NCBI GenBank assembly: GCA_949740445.1
Contig: CATJIF010000081.1
Coordinates: 1 to 30,199, forward strand
From: an uncultured Peptostreptococcaceae bacterium
GTDB taxonomy: Bacteria > Bacillota > Clostridia > Peptostreptococcales > Anaerovoracaceae
Length of the DNA stretch: 30,199 bases
Direction of reading: 5' to 3'
Within the stretch, counting starts at the first letter, position 1. Every line of letters starts with the position of its first letter. The notes under the pieces are model-generated. The model was not told the origin of the DNA. It saw only the letters and a program-made list of their open reading frames with translations, and made no database searches. The position numbers were made by a program, and so were the translations under genes. This document shows positions 16,618-24,983 of this stretch, in pieces.

Positions 16618-19326
16618 TTACTCTGCCTCCTCCTGATTTTGCATCTGGAACAGGGGGATTGCGTCATCCTTTCTCATAAACAGCAAACCAAAGGACTCCG
16701 GACCGCAGTTGCTTGCAATCGCAGCAGATGCTTTTTGCAGATAGACTCTCTCAAACGGACAGTACTGCCGCACCAGGTTTTGAATAAACAGAAGCTTTTC
16801 TTTGTCCATCCCCGAATATGTGATAAACAAAATGCGCCGGTCGATATTTCTCGTATCCTGAAGCGTCTTTTTGACGTATTTTTTCGCCACGTGGGAAAAG
16901 CTGCCCATCTCTACCCTGCCAACTACCATTTTGCTCTTTTTCAATACGAGAACTGGGTGCAGCAGCAGTGCATCGCAGAGGATTTGTACCTTTTTTGATA
17001 TCCGTCCAGATTGGCAGAGCATGTGCGTGCTGTTTATAATAAACGCAGAGGAAATAAAGCGCTCTAACCGTTTTACCATTTCTATGATCGCCTTTTTTGT
17101 CGCGTGGTGCTCTGCCATGTAAGCTGCACCCAACACTACCAGGCCCATGCTGCTGGAAAGGTGCCCCGAATCTATTACCGTAACATTTTCGAAGGATTTC
17201 GCTGCTTCAAGCGCATTTTGATATCCCTCGCTGACATGCTTTGCCATTGTAATATGAATTACATTCTGCGCCTCTGTCAGCTTCTCTGCAAAAAACCGTT
17301 CGTAGTCTTCTACTTCAGGAGGCTGGGAATATCCTTTGCGCCCTTCGGCGATGTGCATCAATAACTCATCTGGCTGCAACTCCTGCTCATCCAGAAAACG
17401 ACCTTCATCTGTACAGACATAGTAAGGGCATACGGAAATGCCAAATTCCTTTCTGAGAGATGGTGGAAGGTCGCATACGCTGTCCGTCGTAACGATGACA
17501 GAGCGCCGCTTTACCTGTTCGAAGATCAGAATATCCTTTTCGATATCCGATTGTCTGACCTCTTCGCTCAGCTTCACCAATTCTTTTGGAAGAATGCTTA
17601 ACACTGCAGCCTCCAGCAGTACACCGCTGACTGGCTTAGCCAGATAGCCGCTGAACCCCTCTTTCCGATAGAGACGCTGGTTGTCGCTGCCTGCATTGGC
17701 GGTCAGAGCAATCACAGGTACGTTCTGACACAATCCCCCCGGCTGCGCACGCAGCGTATGGAAACACTCAATTCCATCCATCTCTGGCATCATGTGGTCC
17801 ATGAGAATGCAGTCGTAGTGGTGATTCTGCGTCAGCCTTAGGCACTCAGCTCCACTGGACGCTGTATCAATGTGGATTTTTGTCTCCGAAAGGAGCTTTC
17901 TAACCACCATCAGGTTCATATCGTTGTCATCCACTACGAGTATGTGTGCATCCGGCGCCTCGAAGCTCTGCCGATAAGGTTCTCCTTCACGGTTCTTAAC
18001 GCGAGATGCCAGCGTAAATGTCCCCAGCTCTTTCTTGTCAACGATGTCCTGTTCCAGCGTAACGATAAATTTCGAGCCTTTGGTATAGACGCTGTTTACG
18101 CTGATCTCACCGCCCATCAGTTCCACCAGCTGCTGAACAATGCTCAATCCCAGCCCGGTTCCTTCAATATAGCGGTTTCGCTCTTCATCTACCCGCTGGA
18201 ATGCGTTAAAAATGTAGGGGATATTTTCCTTTCTCACTCCCCGGCCGGTGTCTTCCACAGAATACCAGACACGCACCCTGTTGACCGCCTGCCGTTCGCA
18301 TCGGACAGCGAGCGTAACCGACCCTTCGCTGGTATACTTTACCGCATTGTTCAACAGGTTAATCAAAACCTGTTTGATGCGCACCTCATCGCCGCAGAGC
18401 ATGCTGGGAATGGACGAATCCACCTGGAGCTTAAACTCCAGGCCCTTTTCTTTCGCCTTAATCCATATCATATTGACGATTTCCGAAAAAAACGCTCCTG
18501 TCTCGTAAGAAACATTGATGATCTCCATTTTTCCGGATTTGATTTTAGAGATATCCAGGATGTCATTGATCAATGTAAGTAGCAGTTTGCTGGCTCCTTG
18601 GATGTTCCTCGCGTTCTCCGCTACTTCCTCCGAAATATCCTCCCGCAGGATGATCTCGTTTAAGCCGATGATCGTATTGATCGGTGTACGTATCTCGTGG
18701 CTCATGCTGGAAAAGAAGTGATTCTCCGCCCGGTTCAGCTCCTCGATCTCCTTTTTCTGCTGTTGAGAAAGCGCATTTTCTTCTTCGTACATCCGGTTTA
18801 AGAACATGAGCAGCACGCTGGTCAGCAGCCCGACCATGATGACGGAAAACGAAGAATCAAAAAAGGAATGCTGCTGGGTATTGCCTGCGACAAACTCCGG
18901 GAAATAAAAGGCAATGCCATAACAAAGCAGTGTTTCTATGGTGCAAAGCACAAAAAACACGAGCATGCGCCTTCCCTGCAAAGTAATGCAGACATAAATA
19001 AAACAAAATACAAACCACTCTGGCACTCCGCTGTAAAATCCTCCGGCTGTAAAAAAGCTGACAGGAAACAGCGTCAGCAGCAGCAGCGCTATGGCTGTGG
19101 CCCCCGCATGAATGCGCCCTTTGCGAATGCTGACCTTTACAATGGCCGTCATGGCGATGAGGCTGACTGCCAGGATCAGGATATTCAGAACGCTCCTGCC
19201 CATAGGCAGTACCAGCACCAATGCGACCATGCACGTACCTGTCACAATGCGGAACATACGCTCGCGCAGACTGATTCTGTGATCAGAGATAATTTTAAAC
19301 CATTCTTTAATCACGCAATCTCCCAC
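16618..19326 (-). CDS. Hybrid sensor histidine kinase fused to a C-terminal DegV (fatty-acid-binding) domain: 5-6 TM segments, HisKA, HATPase_c, REC, DegV.
   Basis: The product is about 900 aa. The N-terminal polytopic sensor is followed by an H-box (SSMSHEIRTPINTIIGLNEIIL), an ATPase with G-boxes (GTGLGLSIVQQLVELMGG), a REC (HILVVDDNDMNLMVVRKLL...ILMDHMMPEMDGIEC...AKP) and then about 270 aa matching DegV (SVIVTTDSVCDLPPSLRKEFGISVCPYYV..., ITMAKHVSEGYQNALEAA, ...CQSGRISKK...). No stop codon interrupts the fusion. The start is uncertain: the ORF-track start at 19326 is GTG with no RBS. The alternatives are a GTG at 19314 (GGGTGGGAG RBS) or an ATG at 19257. Confidence 0.85.
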   Translation of the reverse strand: MGDCVIKEWFKIISDHRISLRERMFRIVTGTCMVALVLVLPMGRSVLNILILAVSLIAMTAIVKVSIRKGRIHAGATAIALLLLTLFPVSFFTAGGFYSGVPEWFVFCFIYVCITLQGRRMLVFFVLCTIETLLCYGIAFYFPEFVAGNTQQHSFFDSSFSVIMVGLLTSVLLMFLNRMYEEENALSQQQKKEIEELNRAENHFFSSMSHEIRTPINTIIGLNEIILREDISEEVAENARNIQGASKLLLTLINDILDISKIKSGKMEIINVSYETGAFFSEIVNMIWIKAKEKGLEFKLQVDSSIPSMLCGDEVRIKQVLINLLNNAVKYTSEGSVTLAVRCERQAVNRVRVWYSVEDTGRGVRKENIPYIFNAFQRVDEERNRYIEGTGLGLSIVQQLVELMGGEISVNSVYTKGSKFIVTLEQDIVDKKELGTFTLASRVKNREGEPYRQSFEAPDAHILVVDDNDMNLMVVRKLLSETKIHIDTASSGAECLRLTQNHHYDCILMDHMMPEMDGIECFHTLRAQPGGLCQNVPVIALTANAGSDNQRLYRKEGFSGYLAKPVSGVLLEAAVLSILPKELVKLSEEVRQSDIEKDILIFEQVKRRSVIVTTDSVCDLPPSLRKEFGISVCPYYVCTDEGRFLDEQELQPDELLMHIAEGRKGYSQPPEVEDYERFFAEKLTEAQNVIHITMAKHVSEGYQNALEAAKSFENVTVIDSGHLSSSMGLVVLGAAYMAEHHATKKAIIEMVKRLERFISSAFIINSTHMLCQSGRISKKVQILCDALLLHPVLVLKKSKMVVGRVEMGSFSHVAKKYVKKTLQDTRNIDRRILFITYSGMDKEKLLFIQNLVRQYCPFERVYLQKASAAIASNCGPESFGLLFMRKDDAIPLFQMQNQEEAE

Positions 19327-19371
19327 CCTTCAAAACACTGCATTTTCAGAAAAACCGCTGAAAGCAAAGCA

Positions 19372-21957
19372 CTATATCCCGGCTATGTGCGCACAAAGCT
19401 CTTTGTACGCGCACAGCAGTGCGGCGTGATGTTCCCGAATATAATCCGCATCGCCTTTTTTGCCGGCCATCTCCAGCTCTTTTGCCTGTGCCGAAAGCGC
19501 TTCTGCGCCAATCGTCAGCGATGTGCTCTTCAGTGCATGCACCTTGATCGCATAATCCGCCCAGTTGGCGCTTTCATACAGCGAAACGATTTCCGTTCGT
19601 TTCTCTTCGCTCTGGGAACAGAATATGCGCAGCATTTCCCGGTAAAAATTCTCTTCGCCACAGCAATAATCCAACCCGAGCTCTACGTTAATCCCTGCCT
19701 GGGCAAGCTGCTCATACGAAATCGCCGCCTCATCCGAGGCAGCTTTTGACAGGACCTCCGGCTCCGATGTCTCCGCATTTGCTGTCGAAACGATTTCGAC
19801 AGCTTCCACAGTTTTCTCCATTGTATCTTCAACCGCGGGGATTTCCTTATCTATGGACACGCTCGCGTCTATCTGTATTGCCTTATCCGAAGGCTTTGTG
19901 CTGTATTGAATGCAGTTCTTAGGCAGCACCTTTCGCAACACCCGTTCTAGGACAGTCCGCTCAATCGGCTTTGGAACAAACTCTGTAAATCCTTCGCTGC
20001 GGAACATTTCTCTCGCGCCACTGACCGTATTCGCAGTCAAGGCGATTGCCGGCAGCTCCTGATACGTGCCATTGCGGAGCTCGCGGATCTTTTTCAGAGT
20101 CTCTACGCCGTCAAAGCCGGGCATCATATGATCCAGGAAAATAATATTATACGGAACCTTGCTGCACTGCACCACCGCTTCTCTTCCGCTTAAGCAAGTG
20201 TCTACTTCGATTCCATAACTGCCCAAAACGCCCTTGGCAACCACGAGATTCATCTCTTCATCATCTACGACCAGCGCCCGAACACCCACACAGGTAAAGG
20301 GCTTGCGACCTGCAGCCTGTGCTTCTGCAAATCCGCGGTCTCCCGTCTCTCCGTTCAGCAGATTGGCAACGGAAAGAGCAGAAAATGGTTTATGTATCAC
20401 AAACAGTCGACTTGCACTGTCCAGGACAAACTCTCTCTCCGCAATCACGACTACACGAAGCATTTCCGCCAGCTCTTCGTAATACTCCCGGTTCTCTTCG
20501 TACTCCGATTGTGCGATGAACACATGGGTCAGCGCATGGTTGCGCTGCAATTTAAGTAATCCCTCGAAATTATGTGCCTGATATCCCTGGATTCCAAGCC
20601 CTTCCACCAAATTCAGGATCAGTCCGTCGTAATACCCCCGCACCTCGTCGCAGCTGTACTTTTCCGGTCTGAAATAGCATGCGATGCAGAGCTGATCCGC
20701 ATGGGTGAGTACGATGCATGGCCGTTCATCTGCAACGCCTTGCGGAATTACGATGTGAGCATGCAGCCCCTGCTTGCCTTTGCTGTCGAAGTGAATGAAG
20801 CCGCCCATCGCATTCAGAAGCCCCCGCGCAATGGGAAGCCCCAGCCCCAGTCCTCCGACAAAGCGATTGCTTCCAGAATCCGCCTGGTAAAACTCATCGT
20901 ACATCTGCAAAAGCTGAGAATCCGTCATGCCGATGCCCGTATCGTGGATATCTATGATCAGATTGATACCGTAATTTTCCCACCGGTATTTTATGCAGAC
21001 GTTTACACCACCTTCTTCTGTAAATTTAACCGCATTTTCCACCAAAATTTTGAGTATATGGGAAATTTTTTCGGAATCTCCGATGAGAACTGCCGGTATC
21101 TTCGGATTGATATCGAACACCATCTCCAAATGCTGTCGGTTGCTCTGCAGCGCAGTCATCGTGATCACGTCATTCAGTACCGAGGTGATCATGTATTCTT
21201 CTTTGGCTGGGGTCAGCGTACCTTCTACGATCTCCGTATAGTCAAGCATGTTATTGATCTGATTGGACAGGCGCTTTCCCGCCAGCTTTATGGAGTTCAT
21301 ATCTTCCTGAAGCTCCGGAGAAAGATTCTTTCCAAGCGCCACCTCGCTGATCCCGATTACCATATTGATCGGCGTGCGAAGTTCGTGCGATACGTTCGAC
21401 AAAAAAACGGCGCTCTGCTTTCCCGCCGTCTCCAGTTCTGAAAATACGCTCTCATACCACATCCGCTGCGCACTTCGTTTGTTGATCCAATATCTTGCAA
21501 GCGCTGTCCCTCCAAAGACCACGACTGCACCAAGTCCCAGGCGAAACATGGCCCGAACATCCATGTCGCGGGAAATCGTGTGAAGGACTAAGGCATGATA
21601 CAGCATTTCCAGCACATAAAGCAGCTCTATCGCATGCAAAATCCATTTCGTATTCAACATAAACAATGCAAGGACCATAATGCAGGCCACAGCAGGTATG
21701 TCGAAAAGGCAGCTTTCATGTACGCCAAAGAAAAAGAACTCAGTCAATATCAGCCCTGCACACAGATTCTCGTACATCCCTACCGAGTCTATCCTTGCAA
21801 TGTGCAAAAGCCATACGCTGAAGCAGCCTGTTACCATCAGCAGAACCACCCAGAACTCCCATGCCATAACAATCGTAATCAAGCTCAAAACTCCGCTGAA
21901 TACCGTAGTTATGACAGCCAGCATCAGGTGTCTGCCTGTCTGCTCTTCCGTCCTCAT
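19372..21957 (-). CDS. Hybrid sensor histidine kinase (multi-TM sensor, HisKA, HATPase_c, REC, C-terminal HPt domain).
   Basis: The 861-aa product has an H-box (SNVSHELRTPINMVIGISEVAL), the G2 box (GGLGLGLPIARGLLNAMGG), a REC (VRALVVDDEEMNLVVAKGVLG...IFLDHMMPGFDGVE...PKP) and a C-terminal HPt (YAIKVHALKSTSLTIGAEALSAQAKELE). Its ATG overlaps the stop of the upstream REC gene (ATGA). Confidence 0.85.
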   Translation of the reverse strand: MRTEEQTGRHLMLAVITTVFSGVLSLITIVMAWEFWVVLLMVTGCFSVWLLHIARIDSVGMYENLCAGLILTEFFFFGVHESCLFDIPAVACIMVLALFMLNTKWILHAIELLYVLEMLYHALVLHTISRDMDVRAMFRLGLGAVVVFGGTALARYWINKRSAQRMWYESVFSELETAGKQSAVFLSNVSHELRTPINMVIGISEVALGKNLSPELQEDMNSIKLAGKRLSNQINNMLDYTEIVEGTLTPAKEEYMITSVLNDVITMTALQSNRQHLEMVFDINPKIPAVLIGDSEKISHILKILVENAVKFTEEGGVNVCIKYRWENYGINLIIDIHDTGIGMTDSQLLQMYDEFYQADSGSNRFVGGLGLGLPIARGLLNAMGGFIHFDSKGKQGLHAHIVIPQGVADERPCIVLTHADQLCIACYFRPEKYSCDEVRGYYDGLILNLVEGLGIQGYQAHNFEGLLKLQRNHALTHVFIAQSEYEENREYYEELAEMLRVVVIAEREFVLDSASRLFVIHKPFSALSVANLLNGETGDRGFAEAQAAGRKPFTCVGVRALVVDDEEMNLVVAKGVLGSYGIEVDTCLSGREAVVQCSKVPYNIIFLDHMMPGFDGVETLKKIRELRNGTYQELPAIALTANTVSGAREMFRSEGFTEFVPKPIERTVLERVLRKVLPKNCIQYSTKPSDKAIQIDASVSIDKEIPAVEDTMEKTVEAVEIVSTANAETSEPEVLSKAASDEAAISYEQLAQAGINVELGLDYCCGEENFYREMLRIFCSQSEEKRTEIVSLYESANWADYAIKVHALKSTSLTIGAEALSAQAKELEMAGKKGDADYIREHHAALLCAYKELCAHIAGI

Positions 21958-22316
21958 TGTTTCTCAAACTCCTGTGCAACCCGCTTTTTTAACTCTTGTG
22001 GCCGAAAGGGCTTTTTCAGATAATTTACCGCGCCCAGCCGGATCGCATTGATAACATCGTCTTCCAATCCGGATGCTGTTAAGAAAATCACAGGCACTTC
22101 GGCGGCGAAGTCCTTCATGCGTCTGAATGTCTCAATGCCGTTGAGCTCTGGCATCTCAATATCCAAAAGAACCAGGTCCACTTCCTCGTTCTTCAGCGTA
22201 TCCAGCGCCTCCATCCCGGAACTCGCAAAAATGACATCATAATCCTCGCCCAGGATCAGCTTTGTTCTCATGAGATTCATGGTATCGTCATCTACCACTA
22301 AAATGCGTTTCTGCAT
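21954..22316 (-). CDS. Stand-alone single-domain response regulator (CheY-like receiver, no output domain).
   Basis: The 120-aa product begins MQKRILVVDDDTMNLMRTKLIL...LVLLDIEMPELNGIE...LKKPF. A GGGAGG RBS lies 8 nt upstream. It is the first gene of the three-gene phosphorelay operon. Confidence 0.85.
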   Translation of the reverse strand: MQKRILVVDDDTMNLMRTKLILGEDYDVIFASSGMEALDTLKNEEVDLVLLDIEMPELNGIETFRRMKDFAAEVPVIFLTASGLEDDVINAIRLGAVNYLKKPFRPQELKKRVAQEFEKQ

Positions 22317-22369
22317 TATGATTGCCTCCCTGTTCTGTTACTGAGTATTTTCCAAACCTAATTTAGTTT

Positions 22370-22399
22370 ATTCTAACATGAAAAAAATAAGAAAATCAA
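22370..22399 (-). promoter_or_regulatory. Possible sigmaA promoter (TTGATT-18-TAGAAT) for the REC/HK/HK-DegV operon.
   Basis: The minus strand reads acacTTGATTttcttatttttttcatgtTAGAATaaact. It lies in an AT-rich 230-nt leader about 50 nt upstream of the REC ATG. Confidence 0.25.
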
Positions 22400-22546
22400 G
22401 TGTATATTTCCGCCTGAAACACCCCTGCATACACCGCCAAAATGTTCTAAAATTCAGTAAAATTAGAATAAAACAACTTCTCAATTGCGATGATTTACCG
22501 CTTAGCCTTTCTGCGTAGTCTGCGGTCTTCACGAATGTATGTACAT

Positions 22547-22585
22547 AAAAAAATCCGAACCCCATGAGTTCGGATTTTGTCGTTT
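22547..22585 (-). terminator. Intrinsic terminator downstream of the AAA+ ATPase gene.
   Basis: The minus strand reads atccgaac-tcatggg-gttcggat followed by ttttttta. It has an A-run on one side and a T-run on the other. Confidence 0.65.
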
Positions 22586-22708
22586 GGTGTAGAATCATTT
22601 CGTCTAAATCTAAAATGAGGTCTGCTACCTCACTAAGATTGTCAGCGTCGCTATACGTTCCAAAGTCTTAAAGCATTCTGAAATTTTTAATTTGAACTGA
22701 TTCAGGCT

Positions 22709-24016
22709 TTATATTTCTTTCCCCTTTAACACACTTTCTATTGCCCACAGCGGCAGATTTAGCAGCCAATCTTCCCTTTTATAATCCGCCATGGAGGTGC
22801 GGATAGACAACTTTGGCTGAAACTTATCCCGGTATACTTTCAAGCTTTTTGCCTGGAGATTTACCTCCGCTTTGACCTCCACAGGAATTACATCTTTGCC
22901 GTTATCAATTACAAAGTCCACTTCCGCAGTACCGCGCTCCGCAGTCCAATAGTAGATATTCAACCCTTTGATGGTTTCCAACTGTTGAAGTACATACTGC
23001 TCTGTCAACGCTCCCTTAAACTCTTTAAACAGTTCATTCCCATCCAGTAGTACATCCTGCCGCAAACCCACCATACAGGAGAGCAGCCCCACATCCATCA
23101 GAAACAGTTTGAAGGCTTTTAAGTCCTCATAGGCTTTGAGCGGCAGACTGGGCCTGGTCACCCGGTGGACTTTGTGTACAAGCCCACAGTCGGTCAGCCA
23201 CAGCATTGCCAGCTCGTATTCTTTTGCCCTGGCGCCCTCTTTGATCAGACCATAGACGAACTTTTTATTTTCCTTGGCAAGCTGAGAGGGAATGCTGTTC
23301 CAAAGCATTCGGATACGGGGTACCGCTTCATTGGGAGCGTGCTTCGAGAAATCCTGCTCGTAGGCTTCCAAAATGCGTTGCTGGATCTCCCGCACTTCGT
23401 TGAAATCCCGGCTGTCCACAAAGGCCTGCACTGCCTCCGGCATACCGCCCACATAGTAGTAATGTTTGAGCAGGTCAATATAATCCTGCTTAAAAGTGAT
23501 GGCCATATCAAAGTCTTCCTTATGCAGAAGCTCAACATGCCGCTCTTTTCCCACCGCCATCGTAAACTCGAAGAAGGAGAGAGGATAGAGATCCAGGAAT
23601 TCCACTTTGCCCACGGGGAAAGATGTTCCCTGATGGAGCGCGACCCCCAACAGACTGCCGGCGCAAACGATCTGATACTGTGGTGCGTCCTCATTAAAGT
23701 ATTTTAGACTGGTCAGTGCTTTAGGCACCTCCTGCAGCTCGTCAAAGATCAGCAGGGTGTCTTCTGGATCGATCTTATGCCCAGCATACAGCTCCAGCCC
23801 GGTAATGAGCCGTTCTACTTCCAGACTGCCCTCAAAGAGAGTTTTCATTCGCTTGTTGTTGTCAAAGTTGATATAGACGGTCGAACTATATTCTCTGGCG
23901 CCGAACTCCCTCATCAGCCAGGTCTTACCTACCTGACGGGCCCCCCGGATAATAAGAGGCTTGCGTTGCTTTTTTGCTTTCCACCTTTGCAGTTGTTTTA
24001 TTGCCATTCGGTACAT
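22709..24016 (-). CDS. AAA+ family ATPase with a DUF4143 C-terminal domain (the DUF4143 ATP-binding protein type often found on mobile or defence loci).
   Basis: The 435-aa product begins MYRMAIKQLQRWKAKKQRKPLIIRGARQVGKTWLMREF... (Walker A GARQVGKT) and has a Walker B LLIFDELQ. GC content is about 50%, against about 60% for the flanking genes. A GAGGTG RBS lies 6 nt upstream of the ATG at 24016. Confidence 0.8.
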   Translation of the reverse strand: MYRMAIKQLQRWKAKKQRKPLIIRGARQVGKTWLMREFGAREYSSTVYINFDNNKRMKTLFEGSLEVERLITGLELYAGHKIDPEDTLLIFDELQEVPKALTSLKYFNEDAPQYQIVCAGSLLGVALHQGTSFPVGKVEFLDLYPLSFFEFTMAVGKERHVELLHKEDFDMAITFKQDYIDLLKHYYYVGGMPEAVQAFVDSRDFNEVREIQQRILEAYEQDFSKHAPNEAVPRIRMLWNSIPSQLAKENKKFVYGLIKEGARAKEYELAMLWLTDCGLVHKVHRVTRPSLPLKAYEDLKAFKLFLMDVGLLSCMVGLRQDVLLDGNELFKEFKGALTEQYVLQQLETIKGLNIYYWTAERGTAEVDFVIDNGKDVIPVEVKAEVNLQAKSLKVYRDKFQPKLSIRTSMADYKREDWLLNLPLWAIESVLKGKEI

Positions 24017-24171
24017 GAGCATCACCTCACAATAATACTAATGATATTATATAACAAAACCACAAAAAATCAAATGACTTTTTGTAGCTTGGTTTATTAT
24101 TGGAGGTTTTATTTGCCAGGGCTTTTTTCTTACTCCTGGTAAAACCAGGGGATATTTTGCCTGAAGGCACT

Positions 24172-24212
24172 AAAAAAAAGCCGTAAAACCATTGATTTCA
24201 CGGCTTTTTTCT
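24172..24212 (-). terminator. Probable terminator downstream of tRNA-Ala.
   Basis: aaaaaaaaGGCCGT-aaaaccattgatttc-ACGGCtttttt has a short 5-6-bp stem and a long loop. A-runs and T-runs flank it. Confidence 0.4.
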
Positions 24213-24288
24213 TGGTGGAGAATAGGGGGATCGAACCCCTGACCTCATGATTGCGAACCATGCGCTCTCCCAGCTGAGCTAATTCCCC
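24213..24288 (-). tRNA. tRNA-Ala (anticodon CGC).
   Basis: The minus strand reads GGGGAATTAGCTCAGCTGGGAGAGCGCATGGTTCGCAATCATGAGGTCAGGGGTTCGATCCCCCTATTCTCCACCA. It is a 76-nt cloverleaf with the G3:U70 Ala identity pair and anticodon loop TTCGCAA. The T-loop is TTCGATC and CCA is encoded. Confidence 0.9.
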
Positions 24289-24301
24289 AAGCACTATTTC
24301 A

Positions 24302-24329
24302 TTATAGCACAGCTCTTTCGATTTGCAAG
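24302..24329 (-). promoter_or_regulatory. sigmaA promoter (TTGCAA-16-TATAAT) for tRNA-Ala.
   Basis: The minus strand reads tgcTTGCAAatcgaaagagctgtgcTATAATgaaatagtgctt, directly abutting the tRNA 5' end. Confidence 0.5.
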
Positions 24330-24476
24330 CATTTTTTGCAGCAGAATTTTTACGCAAACGTTTGCTCTAAACCTGCATCTGCATGTTCAGCTCGCAGCGC
24401 CAGTCCTGTATTTGCGGCCTGTCGCCGGCACAGGTTTTGCGCAAGGCGCAGGATGCAGGCCGCGCATTCACACAGC

Positions 24477-24944
24477 TCACTGGCACGACCCGCAGTGCTC
24501 CCACACGGCGTCGAGCCCATCCTTTTCCCCGTTTTTCAGCGCCTGCTGCGCCAGGTCTTGCAGGGTAACGCTTTTCAGATACGCTTCTGTCAGCTCCATC
24601 AGCTGCCGCCACATGGGCAGCGTCGCGCAGGTTTCTGCCCGCTGACAGGCTTTTGCCCCCGGTTCTAAACAGGCCACTGGTACCAGAGGCCCTTCTGCTT
24701 CGCGAAGGATTTCTGCAACAGTGTACGTATCCGGCGTGCGTGCCAGGCGATAGCCTCCGCCCTTGCCCCGCAATCCGATGACAAGTCCTGCCCGTACCAG
24801 ACGCTTTACGATGGCTTCCAGATATTTTTTGGAAATTTCCTGATGGCGGGCAATTTCCTCCAGAGGAATGCAGGCTTCTGTTTCGTGAACAGCCAGCTCT
24901 ATCATTACCCGCACCGCATATCGCCCTTTCGTCGAAATCATCAT
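24477..24944 (-). CDS. Rrf2-family transcriptional regulator (IscR/NsrR/CymR-like) with three clustered Cys, a putative Fe-S or redox sensor.
   Basis: The 155-aa product begins MMISTKGRYAVRVMIELAVHE...ISKKYLEAIVKRLVRAGLVIGLRGKGGGYRLAR (Rrf2 HTH). It has the motif C-x8-C-x5-C (ACLEPGAKACQRAETCATL). A GGAGGT RBS precedes the start. Confidence 0.85.
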   Translation of the reverse strand: MMISTKGRYAVRVMIELAVHETEACIPLEEIARHQEISKKYLEAIVKRLVRAGLVIGLRGKGGGYRLARTPDTYTVAEILREAEGPLVPVACLEPGAKACQRAETCATLPMWRQLMELTEAYLKSVTLQDLAQQALKNGEKDGLDAVWEHCGSCQ

Positions 24945-24983
24945 CGCCTACCTCCTGCCGCTCTCACCTGTGGCAGCGCTCTG

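Noticed and set aside
24130-24357. 75-aa minus-strand ORF (MRKNSAAKNACKSKELCYNEIVLGELAQLGERMVRNHEVRGSIPLF...).
   Set aside because: It is simply a translation of the tRNA-Ala gene and its terminator and promoter. It has no RBS and is not a protein gene.
24413-24457. Long imperfect hairpin (GCGGCCTG...CAGGCCGC) downstream of the Rrf2 gene, considered as its terminator.
   Set aside because: The loop is large (about 27 nt) and no U-tract follows on the minus strand. Termination may instead rely on the tRNA-Ala promoter region or a Rho-dependent mechanism, so it is not called as a feature.
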